64,000 nt of DNA from an uncultured virus (IMG/VR IMGVR_UViG_3300028394_000067) (Duplodnaviria > Heunggongvirae > Uroviricota > Caudoviricetes): IMG/VR virus record IMGVR_UViG_3300028394_000067, one strand, 5' to 3'. This document shows, in pieces, positions 18,535 through 28,631 of this stretch. Both the position numbers and the translations under genes were made by a program. Under the pieces are notes generated by a model. The model ran no database searches. It had not been told where the DNA came from and saw only the letters and a program-made list of their open reading frames with translations. Numbering within the stretch: the stretch's first letter is position 1; each line of letters starts with the position of its first letter.

Positions 18535-20426
18535 TTTTCTGCCCATGTGTCTGCAATAGAAGCGTCGGCTTTGGCTGGAACAACTTTTAAAATAGTCTCT
18601 GCTGCCAATGTCATTGATTTCTCAAGGATTTCTTTAAACTGGTTTGCTCTGCTTTCAGTGACTTCCAGCACAATTTCATCGTGCACACAAGCCACTAGTG
18701 AAGCTTCGTCGTCTAGATACTTACCTAATTCAGCCAAAGAGAGCTTAAGTATGTCTGCACCTGCCCCTTGAATTAGCGTGTTTGCACAAGCCGTCATCAG
18801 AGCATCGTCATAAGACAAAAGGCGTCGCCTACCCAGCGGAGTGCGAACATAGCACCACCCATCAGCAACCATGGCTGATCTTTCACGGTGCCACTCACGT
18901 AGCCGTGGGTACGCTGTATGAAAGGCTGTGTGCGCTACCTTAGCGTCTGACAACGAGATAACTTTGCCTGATTGAGCCGCATAAGTTTTATATTTTCGAT
19001 AACCCATTCCGTATAACAGAGCAAAATTAAGTGTTTTTCCCTCTTGCCTTTGGTGTTTTTGTACCTCCGCTACAGGAATTTTGTAAATTAAACTCGCAGT
19101 AACCGTGTGTAAGTCCTGTTCGTTTTTAAAAGCTTCGATCATTTGAGGGATCTTTATCAATTCTGCCCCTAACCGGAGTTCAATCTGCGAAAAATCGCAA
19201 ATTACAAGTTTGTAACCAACTTGTGCCCTGAAACAACTTCTAAATTCGTTGCTCCTTGGTATTTGTTGAGCGTTAATTGCAAACTCTGTTTTCTCCTTAG
19301 CAGCTGTTTGTTTTTTTGCGCCTGAGGACGTAAACCGACCGCTATTAGCACCGTATTGGTTATAACCGCTGTGGATTCGTTGAGTTATCGGATTTATGTT
19401 ATTTATAAGTTTTTCTACGTGTTCTAATTTAGTTTCTACTTTTACTCTCTTTCTGTACATATTTAGTATTTCATCCTCGCTATCGAATTCACTTAAAGCA
19501 ACCTGGGAAAGTGTAGGCTTACCAGTTGTTCCATCCACAGGCAGATTAATTCCTAATTCCTGAAACAGTCGGATGCACTGCACTCCTGATCCAGGGTTGA
19601 ATTCTTTCTTCGGTTTTTTCCCTATAGCTAACGTTCCATCTAAATTTTTAGGAAGTTTAAGTTCTTCAGGAAGTGCACTGTTTAGTGCCGTACAGAACTC
19701 TAGAGTCTTATCTGTAAGCTCCTTACTAATGCTGAGTTTTAGTTCCATTAGTTTAGTAACATCTACATTAAATCCTTTATGACACATAGTAGCTACAGAT
19801 CGAATACACTTAGACTCAAGTGAATAAATATCAAGTAAAGATTCCTCCACAAGTTCTTTTAATTGGCTGGCCGCCACCCGTGGGAGGAGGTCTACGTCTT
19901 TAGCTGCATATTCAATCTGTTCAATCTTCAAATCTTCCTTAGACCAGTCAGATCTTTGTTCTTCTTTGTCTAGTTCAATATCTAGTCGTCGTTTAACAAC
20001 AGCTTTTAAGCTGCACGATACGTCTGCAAAGTAAGGTTTTTTAGCTTGCGGACTTATTCGTTTTTCTTTAAAGCCAGCACGTAAACAACGCTCCGCAATA
20101 TAAGTGTCAAATATTTTATTCTTGTAATCAATTCCTATTTTTAGTAGGAACTGGAAATCAAAGTTCATTGAGTGAGCCACGAGCATCTCGCGACTTTCAA
20201 TAAAAGCTTTTAGCTTGCTGTGATCTGGAATCTTAAACATATCAAAAACGTAGATGTCCCTGTCATCATCGTTTTCTTCTGTAGAGCAAACTTGAATTAA
20301 CCTAACATCTGCTATACGAGCATCTAAGCCAGTTGTTTCAGTGTCAATGCAAAGTTTTTTGATCTTATCTAATTGAACTAAAGCTTTATCAAACTTATCT
20401 TGTGATGTTAAATACAATAAATTCAT
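18531..20426 (-). CDS. polA: Family A DNA polymerase with 3'-5' exonuclease
   Basis: Exo I DTETTGL, YAAKD; motif A DFSQIELR; motif B RQEGKTLNFALLYG; motif C VHDEI. Confidence 0.95.
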   Translation of the reverse strand: MNLLYLTSQDKFDKALVQLDKIKKLCIDTETTGLDARIADVRLIQVCSTEENDDDRDIYVFDMFKIPDHSKLKAFIESREMLVAHSMNFDFQFLLKIGIDYKNKIFDTYIAERCLRAGFKEKRISPQAKKPYFADVSCSLKAVVKRRLDIELDKEEQRSDWSKEDLKIEQIEYAAKDVDLLPRVAASQLKELVEESLLDIYSLESKCIRSVATMCHKGFNVDVTKLMELKLSISKELTDKTLEFCTALNSALPEELKLPKNLDGTLAIGKKPKKEFNPGSGVQCIRLFQELGINLPVDGTTGKPTLSQVALSEFDSEDEILNMYRKRVKVETKLEHVEKLINNINPITQRIHSGYNQYGANSGRFTSSGAKKQTAAKEKTEFAINAQQIPRSNEFRSCFRAQVGYKLVICDFSQIELRLGAELIKIPQMIEAFKNEQDLHTVTASLIYKIPVAEVQKHQRQEGKTLNFALLYGMGYRKYKTYAAQSGKVISLSDAKVAHTAFHTAYPRLREWHRERSAMVADGWCYVRTPLGRRRLLSYDDALMTACANTLIQGAGADILKLSLAELGKYLDDEASLVACVHDEIVLEVTESRANQFKEILEKSMTLAAETILKVVPAKADASIADTWAEK

Positions 20427-20429
20427 AAT

Positions 20430-20454
20430 AAAAAAGGGCGCCCAGAGGACGCCC
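20430..20454 (-). terminator. Rho-independent terminator immediately upstream of the polymerase start
   Basis: Minus strand GGGCGTCC-TCT-GGGCGCCC followed by T6. Confidence 0.7.
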
Positions 20455-20472
20455 GAACAGGTGGGCTAGGCT

Positions 20473-21297
20473 TCACACACTATATACGCTACGGGTACGG
20501 ACCCTTTGGCTCCAGCGTGTGGTTACAAAGTAACTGATGTCTCCCCATTGATTAGCCACAGTGAGTCCTGCGGGCGTCAGTTCCACAGCGTACACAGTGC
20601 GACGCAATAGATCCGAGTTCCCATTAGGTTCAGAATCTTTAGAACCAAACTCAACTGTTTTTTCCATGCGAACCATTCCCCAGGAAGCTAGCAAAGCTAG
20701 GCCATCACGAAGAGCAATGTACATAGGGGACGCGTGGTAGACCTCGTTCCTACCGACTCCAGGAGCCTTAGAGATTGGACGGTAGCTTCCGTTCTCGCTC
20801 TTAATAAATCCCCTAAAGCAGTCTGAGTCGGCACTCACCTCACCTCTATAAGCAAGGTAGTTAACCGCTTCAACAGCTACTTGGCGGAGAGTTTTTTTGT
20901 GTCCGTCTCGTAGGGACACCAAGAGCATTGCTGCTCCAAGTCCTTTGATGTGGTCAATCTGGTTTATAGCAGCAACAGCTTCGTCCGGATCAGAGAAACT
21001 TTTGCTGGGAGCAATGTCTACGATGCGGTTCATCGGAGCAGTGCGGCGCTTCTTACCTGGTGTGAGACCTTCAATAGCACATTTAGCGGCAAGGGAAGCC
21101 AGTGTGGGGTTCTTCTTTTCTACACTGAGAGAAAAGAGCTTTTTCGCGTCAACGTCGCGCAAGTTTATGTGGTCAAGAATGTTGATCGTTATTGAGGCTT
21201 TAGTCTCTGTGGCCGAAAACAATGCGTTGGCTTCAGCTGTGTCTAGGAAAGCGTCGCCAAGTTTGAAAGAGAGTTTCATAAAGGAGGTGATGACCAA
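20473..21297 (-). CDS. Hypothetical protein (possible winged-helix C-terminus)
   Basis: 274-aa ORF; ...VYAVELTPAG. Confidence 0.65.
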   Translation of the reverse strand: MVITSFMKLSFKLGDAFLDTAEANALFSATETKASITINILDHINLRDVDAKKLFSLSVEKKNPTLASLAAKCAIEGLTPGKKRRTAPMNRIVDIAPSKSFSDPDEAVAAINQIDHIKGLGAAMLLVSLRDGHKKTLRQVAVEAVNYLAYRGEVSADSDCFRGFIKSENGSYRPISKAPGVGRNEVYHASPMYIALRDGLALLASWGMVRMEKTVEFGSKDSEPNGNSDLLRRTVYAVELTPAGLTVANQWGDISYFVTTRWSQRVRTRSVYSV

Positions 21298-21335
21298 GAG
21301 CAGTTAAACACTTACATACTAAGCTTGCAACCTTT

Positions 21336-21800
21336 TTATAAAAACTTAAGGTTTGAGAGCTTTGTTTTGTGCTCTGCATAGGTAGCAAAGCTGGCGGATA
21401 AGGTCGTTGTGGCATCCCATTGAATGATCTCATCTGCAAGCAGAATAGCTATGCAACGAAACTCAAACTCGTCAGAGAGAACCATAAAATTTTTTACTTC
21501 TTCTATTGTTGAAATAGCAAAAGCTTCTTGTAAAAATATAGTTAAAGGTAAGGAACATTCAGAAATAAGACCTTCGTCAGTTATCTGTGTAAAGTTAAAA
21601 ATATTATTTTTAGTCAGAAACACTATGTATGTCTGGTTGTAGTGAAAAGTAAGTTCAAAATTATTATCTAAACTTTCTTTGTTTTTTTCTAAAAGCACAA
21701 AAAGATTAGTTAACCATTTCTCAAGTTCATTTGTCGAACGCTGTGGGCAGTATTGAAACAAAACGTCGCTGATATCTTTCTGATCTTTACTTCTACTCAT
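21336..21800 (-). CDS. Hypothetical protein
   Basis: 154-aa ORF in a co-oriented run. Confidence 0.6.
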   Translation of the reverse strand: MSRSKDQKDISDVLFQYCPQRSTNELEKWLTNLFVLLEKNKESLDNNFELTFHYNQTYIVFLTKNNIFNFTQITDEGLISECSLPLTIFLQEAFAISTIEEVKNFMVLSDEFEFRCIAILLADEIIQWDATTTLSASFATYAEHKTKLSNLKFL

Positions 21801-21985
21801 GGGTACTCTATAGCAGACCAGTAGCGTTTACCGTCGAGTATCTTATAACAAATTTCAAGTTGAGTACCATTTGTTGTTCGTACGTCACCTAAGTGAGCTT
21901 GAGTGTCGTAGTAGGTCTGCTCCCTTTCGTAGTAATCAATGATGTCCTGAATCACCTGGTGATCCGACTGTCTTTTAGTGTTCAT
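21797..21985 (-). CDS. Hypothetical protein
   Basis: 62-aa ORF with ATGA overlap. Confidence 0.55.
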   Translation of the reverse strand: MNTKRQSDHQVIQDIIDYYEREQTYYDTQAHLGDVRTTNGTQLEICYKILDGKRYWSAIEYP

Positions 21986-21995
21986 AATTAAGTTG

Positions 21996-23549
21996 CTACC
22001 TTAAAGATGTTTGAAATAATTCAACAGACTTAGGGTCATCGTTGACATTAACTAAGAAAACTTCATCACTAAATTTATGTAGGACGTTAGCTTTTTGACC
22101 TATACAAAAAGTATTCCATTGAAGGCATGTTTCGTCTTTAAATTCATTTAAACGGCGTACAAGAGGATCTGATATTTCAGACTCACCATCCGTGATTAGT
22201 AGAACGTCGGCTTTGGCATCAATCTGAGCCTTAGTCAGCGCGTGGTTTAATACAGCTGAGAAGGCTGTACCACCTCTTGTAGACCAGGTCATTACAAAGT
22301 TTAAGAGTTTTTCGTTATTGTTTCGATCACTTTTTAAAATTATGCTTTCTTGTATCACTGTATCAAACAGATGAACTTGAAGTTCTCGCTTCTGCTCTAA
22401 ACATTCTTCAGCAACTACATAAGCAATTGCTTTGCTCCATATCTCTGAGCTTCCAGACATTGATCCGCTTACGTCTATGTACATAACAACGGGCCCTTTA
22501 GATATTTCTTTTATCTTTGCTTCGTAGTCTTTAGTTAATAAAGTTTTCTGTGAGTATTTGAGAGCAAACAAAGTCCGTCCTATAATGTCTCCAGCTAGAG
22601 CTAATTCAACAGGGAAGATATTCTTAATATCATCCGAGAACTTAGCCCCCACAATGTCACTGTAATTACTTTGTGCTTGCTTAGCACGTTTCCTATTATT
22701 CCAAGCTTTTCTTAGGGCTCCAATTTTATTAATCAGCTGTTTCAAACGTTTGTTCTGTTTCAGTGTTTGTGCCAAGTGTCTCTTCGTTTCTAAATCGTCA
22801 CTGTGGGAGCCGATTCCTTTGTTAGTACCAGCTAAAGTATCGAGTGCTTCCTTTAACTCCTCTGCTTCTTCGTTTACTTTATCTATTACGTTTGATACAG
22901 CAGGCTGCATTTGAGAGCGCACATCACTAAAAGTTTTCTCCATTTGTTTTCCTAGTTCCTTACCTAGTTGTCTAAATTCAGCCGCTTGTTTTTCGTTGCC
23001 TTCTTGCATAGCTTGCATAAATTTATCCCGCAGTTCTTGTATTTGCTTTCCTCCTTTAATCAGTGCCTGACCAAGTAATTCATTTTCTTCTATTTGTTTT
23101 TCTATAAGTTCGCTTAGTTTGTTTATTATGTTCACTGCATTGTTACCTGCATTGAATTGATTACCGCACGATAAAGCAGCTAAGTTAGGCCACATCGGGG
23201 ATTCGCATACGTCATTGAACAAGCCCACCCAAAAAGCATTCTCAGGTTTATACCCCGCTGGATGCGCTGGGTTGTGACCATCTTGCTTGAGTCGAAAATA
23301 ATCTTCAACTTCATCTAAACTTATTAAAGGAGTAACCGCACCACCGTTGTACAAGAGATCAAATAGTTCCTTACCAAATCGTGATATCTGAGAGATGTTG
23401 TAGTAATCAACTAAGTATCTAACTGTTGGTTGTGCATCACGAACAAAGTCATCCCATAGAAAATCACAAAGCGCTGAGACCGAAATAACAAGAGGCTCGT
23501 TGTTTATGAGTCGAATAAATTGTTGCTCTGTTTTTAAGTTCATTTGCAT
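21996..23549 (-). CDS. von Willebrand factor A domain protein (ViaA-like)
   Basis: MIDAS motif IDVSGSMSG, RGGTAF, LITDGE; adjacent to the MoxR ATPase. Confidence 0.85.
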   Translation of the reverse strand: MQMNLKTEQQFIRLINNEPLVISVSALCDFLWDDFVRDAQPTVRYLVDYYNISQISRFGKELFDLLYNGGAVTPLISLDEVEDYFRLKQDGHNPAHPAGYKPENAFWVGLFNDVCESPMWPNLAALSCGNQFNAGNNAVNIINKLSELIEKQIEENELLGQALIKGGKQIQELRDKFMQAMQEGNEKQAAEFRQLGKELGKQMEKTFSDVRSQMQPAVSNVIDKVNEEAEELKEALDTLAGTNKGIGSHSDDLETKRHLAQTLKQNKRLKQLINKIGALRKAWNNRKRAKQAQSNYSDIVGAKFSDDIKNIFPVELALAGDIIGRTLFALKYSQKTLLTKDYEAKIKEISKGPVVMYIDVSGSMSGSSEIWSKAIAYVVAEECLEQKRELQVHLFDTVIQESIILKSDRNNNEKLLNFVMTWSTRGGTAFSAVLNHALTKAQIDAKADVLLITDGESEISDPLVRRLNEFKDETCLQWNTFCIGQKANVLHKFSDEVFLVNVNDDPKSVELFQTSLR

Positions 23550-24724
23550 AACTCAGAGATTGATTTTGCAATCAATTGTTTGGTCTGGTCTAAAGTTTGG
23601 ATCACCTTAGTGGCTTCCTGTCTCGTGGTCGCTGAGATACGATACTCACTCGATTCCATAATGGATGAAAGTTTCTGATCTAAGACCGACACATCGTTAT
23701 GTGACTTACGTAACTTACTCACGAGTTTATTTAGATCGCTTACAGCCTTACATTCTTGGCCATTAATACTGTGATACTCACTTAATATCCCGCCTAGCGC
23801 TCGCTTTATATCAATAATCATTCTTTCAGCCGTGGGTATTGCTTGTTGTAATACTTCTTTTATAACTCCTATATCGTCCACGTTCTGATATATAATATGA
23901 ACCAATGATTTGTGTAGATGATCAGCATACACTGTATCATCTCCTTGCACAATAGCCCAGCCTTTAATAAACTTAAGTATCTGAACGCGACGCCTGTCGC
24001 TAATAGTTATTCCTCTGGAAGCAAGTAGATCAAAGACCTGTGAGAATTTATCTAAAAACTCATCTGTGACTTTAACTTCACTTAAGGATTCTTGTAGTTC
24101 AATTAAGTCTTCGTAAGTTAGTTCTGATTCAACGTTTGGCCTTTTCTTCAAACCTAAAGCCCATAGATCTAACAATCTACGGGATGCTGGTTTCTTTAAA
24201 GCTTCCACTGTCGGTCTAAATAAAAACCTATCGCAAAACGCTTGAAGCGATTCCTCTTGTGGAAATGAGTTTGTAGCAGCAACGACAGACTGGATTGGCG
24301 TGTGGATTAGTTCTTTACCGTTATTGAACGTGCGTTCGTTTAACACTGTTAACAGTGAGTTAAGCACTGCAGAGCTGCCACGAAACAACTCATCAAGGAA
24401 TGCGATATTTGCACTAGGCAAATATCCTTGTACATCCCTTGTGTACTCGTCTTTCAACAACTTTGATATTGCCACAGGGCCAAACAGTTCTGAAGGATCT
24501 GTTGTGGGCGATAACAAGTAACCAAAGAATCTACTGTTTTTAAATCCGTTTGATACGGCACGAACTAATTCAGACTTGCCTGTCCCTGGTAATCCAAACA
24601 AAAACGTATTTTGTTTTGTGATCACAGAAGCCAAGAGGCCGTCAATAATTTCTTCACGTTCTAAGAATGAATTGTTTAATGAACCGCGAAACTTTTGGAG
24701 GTTCGTGAAAAGTAAGTCGTTCAT
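23540..24724 (-). CDS. MoxR-family AAA+ ATPase (RavA-like)
   Basis: LEREEII, GLPGTGKS, PSELFGP, FLDELFR...LNSLLTVLNERTF, DRFL, SDRR. Confidence 0.9.
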   Translation of the reverse strand: MNDLLFTNLQKFRGSLNNSFLEREEIIDGLLASVITKQNTFLFGLPGTGKSELVRAVSNGFKNSRFFGYLLSPTTDPSELFGPVAISKLLKDEYTRDVQGYLPSANIAFLDELFRGSSAVLNSLLTVLNERTFNNGKELIHTPIQSVVAATNSFPQEESLQAFCDRFLFRPTVEALKKPASRRLLDLWALGLKKRPNVESELTYEDLIELQESLSEVKVTDEFLDKFSQVFDLLASRGITISDRRRVQILKFIKGWAIVQGDDTVYADHLHKSLVHIIYQNVDDIGVIKEVLQQAIPTAERMIIDIKRALGGILSEYHSINGQECKAVSDLNKLVSKLRKSHNDVSVLDQKLSSIMESSEYRISATTRQEATKVIQTLDQTKQLIAKSISELCK

Positions 24725-24960
24725 GATTGGTTGGTGAGTGTGTCGAAGCGACGGATGTCAGCTGGTTTAGGTCTTGGAAATGTGATCTCTTGCGTTGTCA
24801 CCCAGCACTTATTTTTAAGTGCATGCTTTATAGAAAGCAGTCGTTCGCAAGCGTAGTCAACATTTGTAAAAGTGACTGCTTCCAAGATATCCATTGTGTA
24901 TTCCTCTATGTCTTTAAGAAAACCTTTTTCGGATGCAATTGTGTAAATTGTTTTCTTCAT
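24721..24960 (-). CDS. Hypothetical protein
   Basis: 79-aa ORF coupled to both neighbours. Confidence 0.6.
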   Translation of the reverse strand: MKKTIYTIASEKGFLKDIEEYTMDILEAVTFTNVDYACERLLSIKHALKNKCWVTTQEITFPRPKPADIRRFDTLTNQS

Positions 24961-26180
24961 TAAAAATCTAACTCCTCTACAGTCTTGGCACTGAGTGTCC
25001 TTACTTCAGCTAATACTTCGGATAAATCCATATTTGATGACTTAACAAATTCACTTTGTTGCGTAAATAAATTTTGTAGGTGTTTAGCTCGTTGATTATA
25101 TATGTTAGTTTCTAGCTCGATCTGACTATAAATTTCTTCTAACTGCTCCTCCGACTCAGCTTCTCTTATCTTAAGGGTTAGATCTTTATACGTTCCAGAC
25201 AAGGTTAAAGATTTCTTCAGTAGTTCTAAACCGTCCGAAGAATCCCTTGTGGCAACTATGCTCTCTAGTTCCTCTCTTATCCTTACTTTTATCTCCGCAA
25301 AATTATTGTATGCTTCATCCCGCTTCTTAGCTTCGCCCGCTTGTAAACCAAGGCCAACTTCTGTTAGTTCTTTTGTTAAACTTGTTAGCTTTTCAAACCC
25401 TGGACAGTGTGAAGAGATCAACTGTAAATTCTCTGCCGTCATTTGCCAGGAACCTCTACGTTTTGATCCTCCCGTTTGTCGCTCACCTATTTTGCTAGCG
25501 ATCCGCACGTCAAGATCATCCAACAATTCCGCTGCTTTAAGGCAGGCGCGATCTGCTGCTCCTGATCGAGCTGCTTCAAGCACCTCATTAGTGTTTGTAA
25601 CTGACGCTTCCCATATAGCTTTTGTTAATGGGTGATCGTCCTTGCTTGTTGCAGCATCCATGAACACAGGATTCGGTCCTAAAACGTAGACGTTTATAGG
25701 ATTCTCGAACTCTAGTTTTGTCGGGAACAAGGATAAGTAAGCCTCTTTAGCCATCTTGTACGACAAAGGATCTTCATGCTGAAACAGTGGTTCAAGGAAA
25801 CCAGAAACAGTGGTCGCCCATTTCTCATATTCCGGCAGCCACATTTCATTTAATAATTCGTTAAAGTTTGCGGCGTTCTGTCTGATTAATGTAATGCGTT
25901 GCATTGCGTCCGTAAAGTAATCCTCGTGGAGAAAGTGAGTGTCTCCTTGATGGATCGTGCAATCGTCATACAATTTCCGTTGTTCAATCCGCAAATAACT
26001 CAAAAATTCTTTGAGCTTACCTGATAAATTAGGTCTCACAGAAACTGATTGTTGCTTTTCTAAAGCTTCAATAACTGATTTCTGTAACCGCAAATCATCT
26101 AGTTTGATCTGAGTGCTTTGTCTAACGCTGGCGCTAATTTCAACGCGCAAGATGAAAATGTTTTTGTCCATGGTGATCAC
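24960..26180 (-). CDS. Helical hypothetical protein upstream of the MoxR-vWA pair (possibly DUF3150-like)
   Basis: 406 aa, coiled-coil rich. The family guess rests on gene neighbourhood. Confidence 0.55.
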   Translation of the reverse strand: MITMDKNIFILRVEISASVRQSTQIKLDDLRLQKSVIEALEKQQSVSVRPNLSGKLKEFLSYLRIEQRKLYDDCTIHQGDTHFLHEDYFTDAMQRITLIRQNAANFNELLNEMWLPEYEKWATTVSGFLEPLFQHEDPLSYKMAKEAYLSLFPTKLEFENPINVYVLGPNPVFMDAATSKDDHPLTKAIWEASVTNTNEVLEAARSGAADRACLKAAELLDDLDVRIASKIGERQTGGSKRRGSWQMTAENLQLISSHCPGFEKLTSLTKELTEVGLGLQAGEAKKRDEAYNNFAEIKVRIREELESIVATRDSSDGLELLKKSLTLSGTYKDLTLKIREAESEEQLEEIYSQIELETNIYNQRAKHLQNLFTQQSEFVKSSNMDLSEVLAEVRTLSAKTVEELDF

Positions 26181-26602
26181 TTGATTCGGGAGAATGCGAG
26201 GTTGATTTTGTCTGTGATGAAGTCAACTTTGAACGTTAGTTTCAGTTGATCAATCAACTGTTTGCGTTCGAGCTTAGCCACCTTAAGCTTTTGCTCAAGC
26301 TGTGCAATTTTGTCATCGAGTTTATCTATTTTGGAGTGAGCCGTGGGGCTTTTGGTTATTCGCACCACGATGTTTGCATTGTGTTCTGGGAAACGAAACA
26401 GTGACTCCTTACCTTGAAACAAGCTAAGATCGACACCTGATAAGTCAGCCTTAACTAAATCATTAGTTAAATTACTTCGGGCCGCATCATAAGGTACGCC
26501 AAAAGATTCGTTTAACTGAGATAAAGCGACATCACACTCATCGTAAAGATGAGCAGCGAGCTTGCCTTGTTGTACAAGATTCGGTACAGATAGTTTGGAC
26601 AT
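26177..26602 (-). CDS. Hypothetical protein with coiled coil
   Basis: Likely ATG at 26602 (MSKLSVP), downstream of the promoter and ATCACAC leader. Confidence 0.65.
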   Translation of the reverse strand: MSKLSVPNLVQQGKLAAHLYDECDVALSQLNESFGVPYDAARSNLTNDLVKADLSGVDLSLFQGKESLFRFPEHNANIVVRITKSPTAHSKIDKLDDKIAQLEQKLKVAKLERKQLIDQLKLTFKVDFITDKINLAFSRIK

Positions 26603-26666
26603 AGAGGTTTGGTGTGATGTAGGGTTGGCTGCACCACGTTTAGGGCCGGTGCCGCCCATGTAGCAT

Positions 26667-26695
26667 AAGATATCATGCTGCGCTTATGCTGTCAA
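26667..26695 (-). promoter_or_regulatory. Sigma70-type promoter TTGACA-N17-TATCTT with extended TG
   Basis: -35 at 26690-26695 and -10 at 26667-26672 on the minus strand; overlapped by AGCATAAG/CTTATGCT inverted repeat. Confidence 0.75.
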
Positions 26696-26813
26696 CCGTT
26701 TATCTTTATTAACACTGAGCACCTTAGTACACTCAATAATTAAAAATAAGTAAACTATTTCTTAACTCAACTTTTGACACTCAATTTTCGCACCTAGTCA
26801 AACTTTTAAAGTT

Positions 26814-27128
26814 TTACAGGTGGTCTAAGATGTGTTTGTATAGTTGTTTGCCGGTTTCCGTTAAGGTAAGAACATTTAGCCTTGTGTCGTACTGAAAACG
26901 CTTTCTTCCTATTAAACCCATGCCTCTTTGGTTCTTCTGAGTTTTGTTGCTTAACAAGCAGCAGTTTCGAGAAACTGAGCTTCTAGACATGCTCAGCATT
27001 TCGGAAAGCTCTGCTTGAAGCATTCCATCTTTAGCCTGTGCGATTGCTAAAAATAGGATCAGCGTGTGACAGGAAACTTCGCGCTCGTTGAATTGAGCAA
27101 AAGGCCGCAGCGCGTTGATTAGATTCAT
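26814..27128 (-). CDS. MarR-like winged-helix transcriptional regulator
   Basis: QAELSEMLSMSRSSVSRN...GLI.R...DTR...LTLTETGK. Confidence 0.8.
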   Translation of the reverse strand: MNLINALRPFAQFNEREVSCHTLILFLAIAQAKDGMLQAELSEMLSMSRSSVSRNCCLLSNKTQKNQRGMGLIGRKRFQYDTRLNVLTLTETGKQLYKHILDHL

Positions 27129-27142
27129 GTTAGTACGTGATG

Positions 27143-27325
27143 TTAGTGGGCATAGTCGTCATCAAAAGATAACATTTTGTCGAGTTCTAGCCAGATGGCA
27201 TCCTCAATGCATTGTTGAATATATTGTTCGTTTGGATTTTCATTATGTTTAAATGCACGAGAGTAGCCACAACTAATACCTTGTTCGATTGCATTTTCAA
27301 GAACAATACGGCTCTTAACTTTCAT
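27143..27325 (-). CDS. Small cyanophage-type hypothetical protein
   Basis: LENAIEQGISCGYSRAFKH..NP. Confidence 0.65.
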   Translation of the reverse strand: MKVKSRIVLENAIEQGISCGYSRAFKHNENPNEQYIQQCIEDAIWLELDKMLSFDDDYAH

Positions 27326-27393
27326 TTAATTCCAGCGTGGGGCAACTAAAGTTTAGCTGACACCCACAGACTGGAACAGCTACAGTTATTTGT

Positions 27394-27723
27394 TTATTTA
27401 ATTAATGACAATGTGTTACGCTCTCCATTAACTTGTTCACATATAATTGTGCCGCCCGAAATTTGAAGATCTATAAGATAACCAAGCGTATGTATAGCCT
27501 TGTGTAGTGACTGAGACATTTTTTCATCTCTAGTTTGAGCTATCCAACGTAAAGCTTTTAAGTCTACGTCGCTAATATCAAACGAGACCGTGGTTGTTTT
27601 AAGCTCGGGATTATCCACAAGAAAGTTTGAAATTCGATCTTGTTCTAATAGTGTTCCCTTCGCTGCTTTACGGAATTCTTGACATAGTTCAGCAATAGAT
27701 TTAGTCATGGTTGCATTGTGCAA
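27394..27723 (-). CDS. Hypothetical protein (possible ribbon-helix-helix)
   Basis: 109-aa ORF. Confidence 0.55.
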   Translation of the reverse strand: MHNATMTKSIAELCQEFRKAAKGTLLEQDRISNFLVDNPELKTTTVSFDISDVDLKALRWIAQTRDEKMSQSLHKAIHTLGYLIDLQISGGTIICEQVNGERNTLSLIK

Positions 27724-27956
27724 AGGGTAGGTGATTCGGGTTCTTGAACCTTATCTTCTATAAGATTCCATTCAAGTTTTTCTAAGTTTGCGTATTTCTC
27801 CATAATTGGAATTTGTTCAATTAAACTCATCTGATTTAAAGGTAACCAAGCTGGTATATCAGTTATATCTACAGTTGCTGTGCATAAACCCGTGTCATCT
27901 ATATGAGCATAGATAACTGCTAGATCGTTTTGAACTTGGATTTCTTGAATTTCCAT
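27705..27956 (-). CDS. Hypothetical protein
   Basis: 83-aa ORF. Confidence 0.55.
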   Translation of the reverse strand: MEIQEIQVQNDLAVIYAHIDDTGLCTATVDITDIPAWLPLNQMSLIEQIPIMEKYANLEKLEWNLIEDKVQEPESPTLCTMQP

Positions 27957-27964
27957 AATGCAGG

Positions 27965-28180
27965 TTAATGGCGTACTGTACGTTGGAATAATGATTCGGG
28001 CCCATATTTGTCAACTAACTCAGGGAAAGCTAACAATAATCGCGCCTTGTTTTGTACATCAGCTTTCAGGCCTGATGTGCCTAATGAACTATAAAAACTC
28101 CCACCGAATTTTGCTGCGGTTAGGAAGGTTGAGTAGATCTGAGAATCATTCATGGTGAGTTTTAGGAATTGGGTTTGCAT
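27965..28180 (-). CDS. Small hypothetical protein (FGGSF..AD..N..RLL.AFPEL family)
   Basis: Resembles a widespread small phage protein motif. Confidence 0.65.
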   Translation of the reverse strand: MQTQFLKLTMNDSQIYSTFLTAAKFGGSFYSSLGTSGLKADVQNKARLLLAFPELVDKYGPESLFQRTVRH

Positions 28181-28267
28181 AGGGTGCAGGCTGAATGCCT
28201 ACTTCAGCAATCACCACCGCTGTGGTTGTGGTAGCAATCAAGAAACAAAGCAGGTTAAATAAGAATT

Positions 28268-28528
28268 TCATGTGTGTAAATCTTGGTGAGTTTGTAAGGC
28301 CATGTCATGAAGTTCTCGGGCACTCATAACAGGTTCTCCCCCGCTGCGATCGTATAAAAACTGCGGGGTTGGATCGTAGTCAACACAGTCACTGAGTGCA
28401 TCTAGTGCAATTTCAACCGCACTAATTGCGTGAAAATCTGTGTACTGCATAGGTTTCTGTTCCTCAGCTTTAATGAAAGCTTGCATCTCTTCAATCCATT
28501 TGCTTAGTTGTTTCACTTGGTGCCTCAT
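28268..28528 (-). CDS. Hypothetical early protein
   Basis: Likely ATG at 28528; DYDPTP...GGEP..SARELH motif. Confidence 0.65.
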   Translation of the reverse strand: MRHQVKQLSKWIEEMQAFIKAEEQKPMQYTDFHAISAVEIALDALSDCVDYDPTPQFLYDRSGGEPVMSARELHDMALQTHQDLHT

Positions 28529-28631
28529 AGAGGGTAAGGGTTTGAGTGTGTACGGGCCCACCGCACCTATGGGTTATAGATGGGCGGTGCCAAGGTTAGC
28601 TACCTTGTTTACAAACTGTGATGTAACATAT

